Assembly (NCBI GenBank): GCA_021156325.1
Contig: JAJNDI010000004.1
Span: 4,549 to 68,548 of the forward strand
Length of the DNA stretch: 64,000 nt
Origin: Gammaproteobacteria bacterium
GTDB lineage: Bacteria; Pseudomonadota; Gammaproteobacteria; JAJFKG01
Direction: 5' to 3'
Shown: positions 21,747 to 33,828 of the stretch, one piece after another
Layout of the letters: each line of letters begins with the position of its first letter
Position numbering within the stretch: the stretch's first letter is position 1
Notes under the pieces: generated by a model
What the model was told of the DNA's origin: nothing
The model's database searches: none
Seen by the model: the letters and a program-made list of their open reading frames with translations, nothing else
Made by a program: the position numbers and the translations under genes

Positions 21747-22560
21747 AGCCTAAAAGAAGTCGAATTAATTTTTCTGCAGCGATTTGAGCCACCCGTAACG
21801 TGCCTTCGTGCGACAATTTTTCATCACTTAAACCGGCTGCGAGATTGGTAATAGAAGAAATTCCTACCACGCGTAAACCGCAATGGCGCGCAATTAAAAC
21901 TTCAGGTACGGTTGACATGCCTACTGCATCAGCGCCCCAGACTTTGGCTGCACGGATTTCAGCGGGTGTTTCAAAAGCAGGCCCCGAAAAACCGATATAA
22001 ACACCGGTTGCCAACGGAATACCGATTTTTGCGGCAACGGCTAACAAGGTCTTAAGATGGATAGGATCATAAGCTTCTTCCATCGAAAAAAACCGCTTGC
22101 CAAATTCAGGCTCATTGGGGCCTATCATGGGATTACCCGGCTGCAGATTGATGTGATCGGTGAGTGCCATCAACTCACCCGGCCCCACTTCTTCACGAAG
22201 GGATCCCGCTGCATTGGTTAAAACCACCGTTTGGCAGCCCAGCAATTTCAGCGTGCGTATCATCTGTTTCATGATCGGGAAATAATCCCCTTCATACAAA
22301 TGAACACGGCCTTGTAAACAAGCAACCGGAACCTGGTGAATATGGCCTAAAACCAATTGATTAGCATGGCCTTCTACACCGCTTTGCGTAAAACCTGGAA
22401 TGTCGCGATAAGGAATGATTACCTTGTCTTCAATCATGTCTGCTAAATGGCCTAAGCCAGAACCTGTTACTAAACCCAAACGCGGTACCGCTTGATAACC
22501 TTTGGCACGAATAGCAGCCACGGCATCTTTAGGATGGCAAAGATAAGATGAAATTTTCAT
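21721..22560 (-). CDS. punA: purine nucleoside phosphorylase (PunA/XapA type)
   Basis: 'VTGSGLGHLAD' and 'VGMSTVPEVLIARHCGLRVVGISSITN' motifs. Confidence 0.85.
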   Translation of the reverse strand: MKISSYLCHPKDAVAAIRAKGYQAVPRLGLVTGSGLGHLADMIEDKVIIPYRDIPGFTQSGVEGHANQLVLGHIHQVPVACLQGRVHLYEGDYFPIMKQMIRTLKLLGCQTVVLTNAAGSLREEVGPGELMALTDHINLQPGNPMIGPNEPEFGKRFFSMEEAYDPIHLKTLLAVAAKIGIPLATGVYIGFSGPAFETPAEIRAAKVWGADAVGMSTVPEVLIARHCGLRVVGISSITNLAAGLSDEKLSHEGTLRVAQIAAEKLIRLLLGFVRAIADE

Positions 22561-22991
22561 AAGTTTTTTCCTATTGCAGGGAGTTGTGGTGCTCCAAAAG
22601 AGAAGGGCAGCAATTCGCTGATCGTAAGAGTTTTTATCGTGATTGATTTTCCAGAGCCTTTCACAAAATGAATACAGGCGTCATCTTCACTGAATTCGCG
22701 AATCAATTGACGGCAGCGTCCGCAAGGAGGACAAAACGCTTCACCAGAACCCAGCACAATGCCTTCCACAATACGTTTTTTACCTGCGCTGACGAGCTTC
22801 CCTAAAGCTACTGCTTCTGCACACAGCGTTAAACCATAAGAGGCATTTTCTATATTACAGCCGCTATAGAGGGTATTATCTTCTGAACGAAAACAAGCAC
22901 CTACGTGAAAGTGAGAATAAGGAGCATAGGCCCTTGTTTTGATGTGAAGAGCTTGTTTTAGCATCTCATCGAAGTAAGAAGAAGTCTGCAT
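22557..22991 (-). CDS. cdd: cytidine deaminase (tetrameric type)
   Basis: Zinc ligands 'CAEAVAL' and 'PCGRCRQ'. Confidence 0.85.
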   Translation of the reverse strand: MQTSSYFDEMLKQALHIKTRAYAPYSHFHVGACFRSEDNTLYSGCNIENASYGLTLCAEAVALGKLVSAGKKRIVEGIVLGSGEAFCPPCGRCRQLIREFSEDDACIHFVKGSGKSITIKTLTISELLPFSFGAPQLPAIGKNL

Positions 22992-23178
22992 GGATTTTCC
23001 CCTTGCCCTAAAAAATTTGCATCATACGCCTGAGAGGGGGTTTTCGTCAGTACATGCTTAAAAATTGTTCAAACCGAGCCATCCCTACTCAAAGCACGAA
23101 GAGTACAGAACGGCTGACAGCCGTCCTTTTTCTTGGCATAATGGCGGCAATACAGGCTTGAGGTGAAGGAGATCGCTT

Positions 23179-24762
23179 ATGAATGATGTCGCTGAAATAG
23201 AGAATAAATCCCCTATGACAACACAACACGTTTATCGAAATTTAACACCCGCGCAATTGATTGAGCATGCCTTGGCTCGTCAAGAAGGGGAGCTTGCTTC
23301 CAATCAAGCCTTAACTGTCAACACGGGTAAACGTACCGGCCGTTCACCCAAAGACCGATTCATTGTTCGAGATGACATCACCGAAAACGCTGTGGATTGG
23401 GGCGCCGTCAACCAGCCTTTGGCGCCTGAAGCATTTGACAAGCTATGGGAAGAAGCAGCCGCTTTTATGAAGAAACACGATCTTTTTGTAGCAGATTTAC
23501 AAGTAGGCGCTGATCCTCAGTATGCCATTCCCGTAACGGTTTATAACCAATTAGCGTGGCAAAATTTATTTGTCAGCAATTTATTTATCCATCCTGAGCC
23601 GAATCAATCTTTTAAACAACCCCGCTGGGAAATTTTGAGTATGCCGGGTTTTACACCCGATCCTGCTCGTCATCAAGTCAATGGCGATGCAGCCATTATT
23701 CTTAATTTTAGCAAACGGCGTATTCTGGTTGCCGGCACTTATTATGCGGGTGAAATCAAAAAAGCGATGTTTACTGTGTTGAACTTCATGCTGCCAGAGC
23801 ATGAAATTCTCCCTATGCATTGTTCTGCTAACCAGGGTGAAGAAGGAGATGTCGCTTTATTTTTTGGTTTATCGGGCACGGGTAAAACCACTTTATCGGC
23901 CGATCCCAACCGCTTTTTAATAGGCGATGACGAACATGGCTGGGGTGAAGACACCGTATTTAATTTTGAAGGCGGATGTTACGCCAAGTGTATCGATCTC
24001 TCCAAAGAACGCGAGCCTATTATTTGGGATGCGATCCGTTTTGGCAGTGTATTGGAAAATGTGGTGATAGATCCGAAAACCAAAGTGCCTGATTATAGTG
24101 ATGTGACTTTGTCTGCTAATGGCCGAGCGGCATATCCGCGTGAATTCATTGAAAAGCGGGTAATGGCGAATCGGGCAGGAGAGCCAAAATCAGTTGTTTT
24201 TCTAACCTGTGATCTCTACGGCGTTTTACCGCCAGTCTCTCGGTTAAATTTACAACAAGCAGCCTACCACTTTTTAAGTGGATACACGGCCTTGGTCGGC
24301 AGTACAGAAGTCGGCAATGAAGGGAATGCTATCAAATCCACTTTTAGCACGTGTTTTGGCGCACCTTTTTTTCCGCGTCGTGCGGCAGAATATGCTGAAT
24401 TGTTAATGAAACGGGTTAAAGCTTTTGGCAGTGAAGTCTATTTGGTGAATACCGGCTGGACAGGCGGCAGTTATGGTTTCGGCTCGCGTTTTTCAATTCC
24501 CACAACGCGCGCTGTGATCACGGCTATTTTATCCGGTGAATTGCGTGATGCAGAATTTGTGAAATTGCCAGGATTTGAAGTCGATATGCCGACTCAATTG
24601 AGCGGCGTTGATACTCAATTGTTAGATCCGCGTACAACGTGGGCATCGCAAGAAGCCTATAAAGCGGCTGCCAATACATTGATTGCCAAATTCACTGAAA
24701 ACTTTAAACGCTTTGCGGTGAGTGAGGCTGTCAATGCTGCAGGGCCGGTAATGATTGCTTAA
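23179..24762 (+). CDS. pckA: phosphoenolpyruvate carboxykinase (ATP)
   Basis: '[11 protein letters not shown]' kinase-1a motif and full-length PckA. Confidence 0.95.
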   Translation: MNDVAEIENKSPMTTQHVYRNLTPAQLIEHALARQEGELASNQALTVNTGKRTGRSPKDRFIVRDDITENAVDWGAVNQPLAPEAFDKLWEEAAAFMKKHDLFVADLQVGADPQYAIPVTVYNQLAWQNLFVSNLFIHPEPNQSFKQPRWEILSMPGFTPDPARHQVNGDAAIILNFSKRRILVAGTYYAGEIKKAMFTVLNFMLPEHEILPMHCSANQGEEGDVALFFGLSGTGKTTLSADPNRFLIGDDEHGWGEDTVFNFEGGCYAKCIDLSKEREPIIWDAIRFGSVLENVVIDPKTKVPDYSDVTLSANGRAAYPREFIEKRVMANRAGEPKSVVFLTCDLYGVLPPVSRLNLQQAAYHFLSGYTALVGSTEVGNEGNAIKSTFSTCFGAPFFPRRAAEYAELLMKRVKAFGSEVYLVNTGWTGGSYGFGSRFSIPTTRAVITAILSGELRDAEFVKLPGFEVDMPTQLSGVDTQLLDPRTTWASQEAYKAAANTLIAKFTENFKRFAVSEAVNAAGPVMIA

Positions 24763-26420
24763 GATCGTTGGCAATCCCAAAAAAAGTCAATCAAACTTTG
24801 GGTGGTTGCTTCCTTGATATCACTGTGCTTTCTGAGCGCGTCATAAGCTGCTATTGCCAAACATTTACCTTCTTCCACTCCCCATTGATCAAAAGGATTG
24901 ATTTGCCAAATGACGGCTTGTACAAAAGTGGAATGTTCGTATAAAGCGAGCAATGATCCTAGCGTTTTCGCATTTAAAGTGGATAATACCACCGTATTAC
25001 TCGGCCGGTTACCCGCCAGCATTTGATGAGGACTTAGCTTTTTTGCTTGAGTTTTATCAACGCCTTTTTGTATTAACGCCAGCACACATTCTTCTGTTGT
25101 TTTACCGCGCATCAATGTTAAACTTTGACTGATGCACTGGGAAAACAGCAATGCCGCTGTTTTTTGGGCGTTCTCATTTATTTCAAAATGAGCACAAGCG
25201 ATAAAATCAACAGGACAAACTGATGTGCCTTGCTGCAGCCATTGATGAACACTGTGCTGGCCTTGTGTTTGTGCGGTACCCCACAATAGCGGCGCTGTTG
25301 CTTGTGTCAACGCTGTGCCATCTTGACGAACGGATTTTCCGTTACTTTCAAGATCTAATTGTTGCAAATAAAGCGGTAATTGGCGCAGATCATGGGCATA
25401 AGGCAAAACAGCATAATAAGGATGATGAAAAAATGTTCCTAACCAAAGACGAAGCAAAGCATGGATAACTGGTATATTTTTTTCAAGCGCTGTGGTGAGA
25501 AAATGCTGATCCATCGCATAAGCGCCGTCTAGAAAATCTTGAAAGTGATCGATCCCAACGGATGCTATGAGAGAAAAGCTCACCGCTGACCATACAGAAT
25601 AACGCCCGCCCGCCCAATCGGGAAGCGGAAAAACATGCTGAGATGAAAGTCCCCATTCAACAGCCGTTTTGGTATTGTTTGTTACAGCGAAACAGTGAGT
25701 TTTAATGAGATCTTCTTTTTGGTATGCGGTTAAAGCAAGGCTTAACCATTCGATAGCCGATGCAGCATTATGCAATGTTTCTGCTGTTGAAAAAGTTTTT
25801 GAAACGATAACAATGGCTGTTGTTTTAGGATCACAGTGTTTCAATGTATCGTGTAATTGAGTGAGATCGAGCGTTTCCACAAAATGGAGCCGAATACGAT
25901 GATGCTGAGTATGACGTAATACATCGTATAGTAAAGCCGTTCCTGTGCTGGATCCCCCAATGCCAATATGCAGAATATCGGTGAAGCGATCTTGTGTAAT
26001 ACTGTTAAGGCTTCCTTCACGCAACGCTTTAGCGGTGTTCTTTAATTGAGAAAATGTCTTTTCAATATCCGGCATGACATCCTGTGTTTTGGAGGGGAAA
26101 GCTGTGCTGCGAGGATGCCGCAAGGCTGTGTGTAAAGCCTGGCGATTTTCAGAGCGATTAACACATTCTCCTGCAAAGAGAGCATCGCGGGCTTTTTCTA
26201 CCTCAGCGGCTTTGGCAAGTTGAGTCAGCAAAGTCAAAGTTTCTTGATTAACCGGTTGTTTTGAAAAATCGAATAAAAGACCGCAAGCCTTCAGACTAAA
26301 ATCTTTAAAGCGCTCGGGATGCTGGCTTAGGCTGCGTAAAGGAACAGTAGAAATCGCTCTTTGATGAGCCGTTAAAGCTTCCTGTATACGGCTCAAATCT
26401 GGTTTGTCGGTATTTTCCAT
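24759..26420 (-). CDS. pgi: glucose-6-phosphate isomerase
   Basis: 553 aa of the PGI family with SIS domains. Confidence 0.9.
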   Translation of the reverse strand: MENTDKPDLSRIQEALTAHQRAISTVPLRSLSQHPERFKDFSLKACGLLFDFSKQPVNQETLTLLTQLAKAAEVEKARDALFAGECVNRSENRQALHTALRHPRSTAFPSKTQDVMPDIEKTFSQLKNTAKALREGSLNSITQDRFTDILHIGIGGSSTGTALLYDVLRHTQHHRIRLHFVETLDLTQLHDTLKHCDPKTTAIVIVSKTFSTAETLHNAASAIEWLSLALTAYQKEDLIKTHCFAVTNNTKTAVEWGLSSQHVFPLPDWAGGRYSVWSAVSFSLIASVGIDHFQDFLDGAYAMDQHFLTTALEKNIPVIHALLRLWLGTFFHHPYYAVLPYAHDLRQLPLYLQQLDLESNGKSVRQDGTALTQATAPLLWGTAQTQGQHSVHQWLQQGTSVCPVDFIACAHFEINENAQKTAALLFSQCISQSLTLMRGKTTEECVLALIQKGVDKTQAKKLSPHQMLAGNRPSNTVVLSTLNAKTLGSLLALYEHSTFVQAVIWQINPFDQWGVEEGKCLAIAAYDALRKHSDIKEATTQSLIDFFWDCQRS

Positions 26421-26541
26421 GCCCTAAATTATGCCAGCCCAGATCAGAGAGGACAATATGTATAAAATGTGAGCTAAACTTTAAACATTTTAGGAAAAAG
26501 AATAAAGATCAGAGTAAAATTAAAACCCGAAGGTTTATATT

Positions 26542-27468
26542 ATGGCACATACACATTCTCATCAGCATGACGGCTATCGGTATAGTCAGATCAACCTCTC
26601 TTTTGCGATCGCTGTCTTTGCTAATTTCGCTTTTACGTTAATAGAAGGAATATATGCTGTTTTTGCCCATTCCATGGGATTGTTAGCAGATGCTGGGCAT
26701 AATCTGGGAGATGTCATGGGGCTGTTATTAGCTTGGGGAGCCAGTTGGTTAATGACCCGCCCTTCGCGTGAGCGATACAGTTATGGATATCGGCGCAGCA
26801 GTATTTTAGCTTCCTTGATTAATGCCTGTCTTTTAATAGGAACGTCAGCGATCATTGCTTATGAATCTATCATCAAATTAATCCATCCTGTCGATTTGCA
26901 GGAATTCACTATTATTATTGTTGCAGGTATTGGGATAATCGTTAACGGCGGAACGGCTTTGTTATTTTCGAAGCAAGACAAACACGATCTCAATATTAAA
27001 AGCGCTTTCTTACATTTGATGGCAGATGCCTTATTATCTGTAGGCGTATTGGTATCAGGGATCGTTATCTATTACACAGGGTGGGTTCGATTGGATCCTA
27101 TCCTCGGTATTGCACTGGTTATTGCTATTTTGCTGGGGACCTGGGGGCTTTTAAAGCAATCTGTAGGGTTGTTGCTAGATGCGGTACCGGCTCATATCGA
27201 TTTCCAAAAAGTGTCTGCCTTTTTATCTGCATTGCCGCAGGTAAAAGCCGTACATGATTTACATATTTGGGGATTAAGCACCCGAGAAGTTGCGCTCACT
27301 GCTCATCTGGTGATGCCCGATAAAGGCTTAAGTGACGCCGACTTTTACACACTTAATGAAAAGTTATTGAAGGACTTCAATATCCATCACGTAACGCTGC
27401 AAATTGAAAAAGGTGATCATATAAACGCCTGTTTTCAAGATAAAAAATGTGGGGACTCTGCGGCCTAG
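26542..27468 (+). CDS. cation diffusion facilitator (CzcD-like) metal efflux transporter
   Basis: 6 TM helices, HxxxD motifs, and a His-rich N-terminus. Confidence 0.85.
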   Translation: MAHTHSHQHDGYRYSQINLSFAIAVFANFAFTLIEGIYAVFAHSMGLLADAGHNLGDVMGLLLAWGASWLMTRPSRERYSYGYRRSSILASLINACLLIGTSAIIAYESIIKLIHPVDLQEFTIIIVAGIGIIVNGGTALLFSKQDKHDLNIKSAFLHLMADALLSVGVLVSGIVIYYTGWVRLDPILGIALVIAILLGTWGLLKQSVGLLLDAVPAHIDFQKVSAFLSALPQVKAVHDLHIWGLSTREVALTAHLVMPDKGLSDADFYTLNEKLLKDFNIHHVTLQIEKGDHINACFQDKKCGDSAA

Positions 27469-27656
27469 CACATCACGGGATCCTGATAGCACCGCGAGCT
27501 GTCCAAATAATAACCTAATCATGGCTTTACCTTTTCGTATAGCTGGAGTAAAATATTCTTATAAAGCTTTAATAAATCTGATTTGAGTGCTGTCTCAGTC
27601 GATCCTCAAGCTTTCTATCTATTGAATCCATTTTTAACTGCCGTGAGGTTTATTGC

Positions 27657-27989
27657 ATGAGCAAGAATAATGTTGTTACCATGACCAGCGATGAAGCTTT
27701 TGAAGCCGATGTGTTAAAGGCTGATATGCCCGTACTTGTCGATTTCTGGGCGGAATGGTGCGGCCCTTGTAAAATGATAGCGCCTGTTTTAGATGAAGTC
27801 GTCAAAGAATATGGCGACAAGATTCGAATCATGAAGGTCAATGTTGATGACAATACCGAAACCCCTCGCCAATATGGTGTACGCGGAATTCCCACCTTGT
27901 TATTATTTAAAAATGGCGATGTGGCTGCCACCAAAGTGGGGGCATTAACCAAATCACAATTAATGAGTTTTCTGGATGATAATGTATAA
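27657..27989 (+). CDS. trxA: thioredoxin
   Basis: WCGPCK active site. Confidence 0.95.
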   Translation: MSKNNVVTMTSDEAFEADVLKADMPVLVDFWAEWCGPCKMIAPVLDEVVKEYGDKIRIMKVNVDDNTETPRQYGVRGIPTLLLFKNGDVAATKVGALTKSQLMSFLDDNV

Positions 27990-28149
27990 ATTATATCATC
28001 GGACTCAGGTTGCGCAGAAATACGCTCAAAGCAATTTGATTGAGGGGCTTGTATTGTAGAAAAATTGAGGTAAACTACTCACAACGCTTCATCTGTATGA
28101 TTATCCCATTTTTTTAGAAATCTTTAGCTGCGGAATATGACAATCATTT

Positions 28150-28300
28150 AATAAAACACACTTATACTCAAAGCGTTTTGGATTTAGGCGCGACGCTGGC
28201 GCAGTCGAGCAGCGGAATGTATAAATAATACATGAGCAGCGAGACAAGCCGGCAACAAAGCATAAATTCAAAAGGCGAAGAGTATAAAACTTCTTTTTTT
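28150..28300 (+). repeat. ~140-nt non-coding repeat, copy 1 (in trxA–rho intergenic leader)
   Basis: Blocks 'AACACAC..ACTCAAAGCGTTTTGGATTTAGGC', 'GGAATGTATAAATAATACATGA', 'GCGAGACAAGCCGGCAA' and 'AAAAGGCGAAGAG' are shared with 50915..51060. Confidence 0.65.
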
Positions 28301-28334
28301 CACTTTGGATTAACAACGTAAGGTACTAACAACT

Positions 28335-30595
<2,261 letters not shown>

Positions 30596-30601
30596 GTTTT
30601 T

Positions 30602-30632
30602 GCGGCGCGGGTGAGGGCGCTGCGCAGGCAGC
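30602..30632. repeat. REP-like element, partial (GAGGGCGCTGCGCAGGCAGC)
   Basis: Shares the GAGGGCGCTGCGCAG tail motif and lies between convergent hemB and folK. Confidence 0.5.
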
Positions 30633-31211
30633 TTACCAAGTCTTTATACATAAATGAGCAACACAACGCCCATCGGGCAATTTTATTGCAGGCGCAATTT
30701 CTAATAAAGGTCGTATGACGAATTGACGAAGCAGCAATTCAGGATGCGGGATAATCAATTTATCAGTGTGTATAGATTGATTACCATATAAGAGTATATC
30801 TAAATCCAGCGTGCGCGGCCCAAAGCGTTGAGTTCTCATTCTTCCCTGTTTGTTTTCAATTTGCTGCAGTTCTTTTAACAAATCAAAAGGATCTAATGTT
30901 GTATCGATCGCTGCAACGGCATTGATAAAATCAGGCTGATCTAAGAATCCTACCGGTTTGGTTTGATAAAAAGAAGAAACCTTAATAAAACTTGATTCGG
31001 GAAGTGCTTTTAAATGAGATATAGCTTGTTCTAATTGGTGTTGCGGATTGTTAAGGTTGCTGCCAAGACCTATATATGCTCTTCGCGCTTTGACTTTAAG
31101 CTTTGTTGTCCGCTTGTCTCGCTGCTCATGTATTGGCTTATACACTCCGCTGCTCAATGGCGCGGACGCCTCGCCTAAAATCAAATCGCTTTGAGCATAC
31201 GATTTTATCAT
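30633..31211 (-). CDS. folK: 2-amino-4-hydroxy-6-hydroxymethyldihydropteridine pyrophosphokinase
   Basis: HPPK core 'YIGLGSNL' with a C-terminal 'DLDILLY'. The start was chosen 4 nt after the pcnB stop, and the ORF track extends further upstream. Confidence 0.75.
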   Translation of the reverse strand: MIKSYAQSDLILGEASAPLSSGVYKPIHEQRDKRTTKLKVKARRAYIGLGSNLNNPQHQLEQAISHLKALPESSFIKVSSFYQTKPVGFLDQPDFINAVAAIDTTLDPFDLLKELQQIENKQGRMRTQRFGPRTLDLDILLYGNQSIHTDKLIIPHPELLLRQFVIRPLLEIAPAIKLPDGRCVAHLCIKTW

Positions 31212-31215
31212 TCTA

Positions 31216-32580
31216 TCAAACCGATTTTTTTCGGCGCCGTTTTCTTCGCCGTTTGGGTTTGGGTAATTCCGCGAGCATTGCTTCTCTTTTGGTTTGATCG
31301 GCATTTTGGTATTCTGTCCACCAATCGACAAGCGGGGTTAATTCTGTTTCGCCGCTCTGCGCCCGTAAACTTAGAAAATCAAAGCCTGCCCGAAATTTAA
31401 GACGCGAGAGTAAATAGGGCGCACGATAAGTGGCTTGTAATTGATATTGCATTTGCCAAATCTCACGCATCATTAAAGTAAAGCGCTTTTGAATTGAAAA
31501 AACACTAAGCTGTGAGTCTACTGTACGATTCATGGCTATCTCTAATGCAGCCAAGATAGGCATAGAATCTTTTAACGGAGTCAGATTGTTCTGAAGCACA
31601 GGCCATAATAATGCAGCCAACAGGAAAGCCGGTGTAATAGGCTTGTCTTTGGAGATCCTGTCATCCGTATTCGATAAAGTTCGTTCAATTAGCCGGCGGT
31701 TATACAATACAGTTTGTTCATCCGTGTTAGTGGTTGTTAAATGAATGGTTTTATCGGTTTCGGGAAATAAATAACGAAAAATATTATAGGTTTCTAATTT
31801 GGCAAAAGCAGCAACGCTTTGACCGGATAATAATAATTTACAGGTTTCTTCAAATAAGCGCGCTTGAGGGACATTTTGTAGTAAATGTCCTTCTGTAAAC
31901 AAGGGTTTTTCAGTAACGGGTTCAATTTGAAATCCTGTTTTAACGGCGAATCGGATGGCGCGTAACATACGAACGGGATCTTCACGATAGCGTTGCAGCG
32001 GATCGCCTAGTATACGGATAATATTGTTTTTGATATCTTCCATACCCCGGTTAAAATCGATGACTGATCCATCGGCATGGTTATAATAGAGGGCATTAAT
32101 GGTGAAATCTCGCCGCTCTGCATCTTCTTCCAGCGTGCCATAGACGTTATCCCGAATGATTTGGCCATTACGCACTTGAGCTTGCTGAGGGGTGTGAGTC
32201 TCACTGTGATGAGCGCGAAAAGTAGCGACTTCGATGATTTCAGGCCCAAAAAAAACATGCGCCAGGCGAAAACGCCGCCCAATCAAACGGCAATTAGAAA
32301 ATAAACGACGAACCGCTTCGGGATGTGCGCTTGTCGCGACATCAAAATCTTTGGGAGCCCGTTGTAATAAGAGATCACGGACACTGCCGCCCACTAAATA
32401 AGCCTCAAAACCGGCTTTATGTAAACGATGCAAGACTTTTAACGCATTGGGGCTGATTTGCGCTCGAGAAATCCCGTGTTCTGCACGCGAAATAACCTCT
32501 TTTTTTAGGGAGAGGGGCGTGTTGACGGCACGGCCGGAACCCAAGCCGCACTGTTCTCTAATCCATTTGATAATGTTCAA
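31216..32580 (-). CDS. pcnB: poly(A) polymerase I
   Basis: Nucleotidyltransferase 'GGSVRDLLL' motif, an Arg/Lys-rich C-terminus, and pcnB–folK synteny. Confidence 0.9.
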   Translation of the reverse strand: MNIIKWIREQCGLGSGRAVNTPLSLKKEVISRAEHGISRAQISPNALKVLHRLHKAGFEAYLVGGSVRDLLLQRAPKDFDVATSAHPEAVRRLFSNCRLIGRRFRLAHVFFGPEIIEVATFRAHHSETHTPQQAQVRNGQIIRDNVYGTLEEDAERRDFTINALYYNHADGSVIDFNRGMEDIKNNIIRILGDPLQRYREDPVRMLRAIRFAVKTGFQIEPVTEKPLFTEGHLLQNVPQARLFEETCKLLLSGQSVAAFAKLETYNIFRYLFPETDKTIHLTTTNTDEQTVLYNRRLIERTLSNTDDRISKDKPITPAFLLAALLWPVLQNNLTPLKDSMPILAALEIAMNRTVDSQLSVFSIQKRFTLMMREIWQMQYQLQATYRAPYLLSRLKFRAGFDFLSLRAQSGETELTPLVDWWTEYQNADQTKREAMLAELPKPKRRRKRRRKKSV

Positions 32581-32667
32581 TTTATAACCATTTCTTCTTG
32601 TCTATCCTATCAATGCTGACAGACTGCTGAAAATACTCTACTAAGCGGTATAATGCAATTTCATTTA

Positions 32668-32801
32668 AACTGGACTGGCGTGAAATGCGAATTGCGGAGT
32701 TCAAGAACTCGCTCGCAATGCTCATGTATGAACAAATACACTGCGCTTGCTCGCTCGTTTTTGCCTCGCACTTCATCATTTCCCGTCAGTCCCGTCCAGT
32801 T
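32668..32801. mobile_element. MITE-like ~100-bp repeat, copy 2, nested in flanking inverted repeat AACTGGAC.../...GTCCAGTT, 11 bp upstream of tRNA-Glu
   Basis: The core matches copy 1 (TIR-like ends TGAAATG / CATTTC[AC]), and the flanking palindrome differs. Confidence 0.7.
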
Positions 32802-32811
32802 GCGAGGTAGA

Positions 32812-32887
32812 GCTCCCTTCGTCTAGTGGCCCAGGACACCGCCCTCTCACGGCGTAAACAGGGGTTCGAGTCCCCTAGGGAGCGCCA
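32812..32887 (+). tRNA. tRNA-Glu (anticodon CUC)
   Basis: 76-nt cloverleaf read by hand. Acceptor stem GCTCCCT/AGGGAGC, anticodon loop CTCTCAC, T-arm GGGGTTCGAGTCCCC, and a 3' CCA. It is close to E. coli tRNA-Glu. Confidence 0.8.
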
Positions 32888-32963
32888 TACTTCATTTTTT
32901 TACGGATCTTATTAATGATAACGCGGATGCTATCCTTAGAATAATGACTATTTAAGGGTTAAG

Positions 32964-33818
32964 ATGGTGAACGTATACTTATTAGGTGCAGCCTGGGGAT
33001 TAGGGGCAAAACATCAAGGTTGCGCGCAAGGGCCATTTTATCTGCAAGAGAGTCACCTCTTTTTAAAACAACTTAAAATGAATGCCCCCTGGCAAATTAT
33101 TTCGCCAGATCCCGCTGCAGGTGACGTCTTTGATCAAGTCCAGGAAGGCTGTTATCGTTTAAGTCAATTGACTTCCCATTGCGTTACACACCAGCAGCCT
33201 TTTGTCACGATAGGGGGCGATCATTCCTGCGCGATTGGAACGTGGTATGGCGCATTAAAAGCATTGAGTCCTTCTACTGAAATGGGTTTATTATGGATAG
33301 ACGCGCACATGGATAGCCATACGCTAGAAACTTCTGTGAGTCACCGGATCCATGGAATGCCCTTGGCTTGTTTATTGGGCTACGGGGACAAACGCCTCAT
33401 ACACTTAAATACTTCCCGGGTGTTAAATCCCAAACAGGTTTGTTTAGTCGGTGTACGCAGTTTTGAATCCGGCGAAGCGCTATTATTGCAGCGATTAGGT
33501 GTTCGGATTTTTAAAATGGATGAAATTAATTCACGCGGCTTGAAGGCCGTTTTGTCAGAAGCGATAGCTATTGTAAAACAAAACAATGCGGCTTATGGGA
33601 TCAGTGTTGATTTAGATGCATTTGATCCCCTAGAAGTTCCCGGTGTCGGTTCGCCGGAAGAAGGTGGTTTAGATCTTAAAACCTGTTGTGATATATTATT
33701 GCAGTGTCGTTATGACCCCCATTTGCTTGGGCTTGAAATAGCTGAGTATAATCCGGATTTTGATAAAGATAATCTTACACAAACGGCCATTATTGATCTG
33801 ATAAAAAGTTTATTTTAG
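32964..33818 (+). CDS. arginase/agmatinase/formiminoglutamase-family ureohydrolase
   Basis: Mn-binding motifs 'GGDHS', 'DAHMD' and 'SVDLDAFDP'. Confidence 0.75.
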   Translation: MVNVYLLGAAWGLGAKHQGCAQGPFYLQESHLFLKQLKMNAPWQIISPDPAAGDVFDQVQEGCYRLSQLTSHCVTHQQPFVTIGGDHSCAIGTWYGALKALSPSTEMGLLWIDAHMDSHTLETSVSHRIHGMPLACLLGYGDKRLIHLNTSRVLNPKQVCLVGVRSFESGEALLLQRLGVRIFKMDEINSRGLKAVLSEAIAIVKQNNAAYGISVDLDAFDPLEVPGVGSPEEGGLDLKTCCDILLQCRYDPHLLGLEIAEYNPDFDKDNLTQTAIIDLIKSLF

Positions 33819-33828
33819 GAAGTATATC

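Noticed and set aside
28101-28316. 71-aa minus-strand ORF in the trxA–rho spacer, and analogous ORFs at 50892..51218 and 51025..51228
   Set aside because: They coincide with the ~140-nt non-coding repeat, have no RBS or homology, and both loci produce ORFs only because of the repeat.
32582-32779. 65-aa ORF on the minus strand
   Set aside because: It lies entirely within the MITE-like repeat upstream of the tRNA. It is almost certainly an artefact of reading through the repeat.
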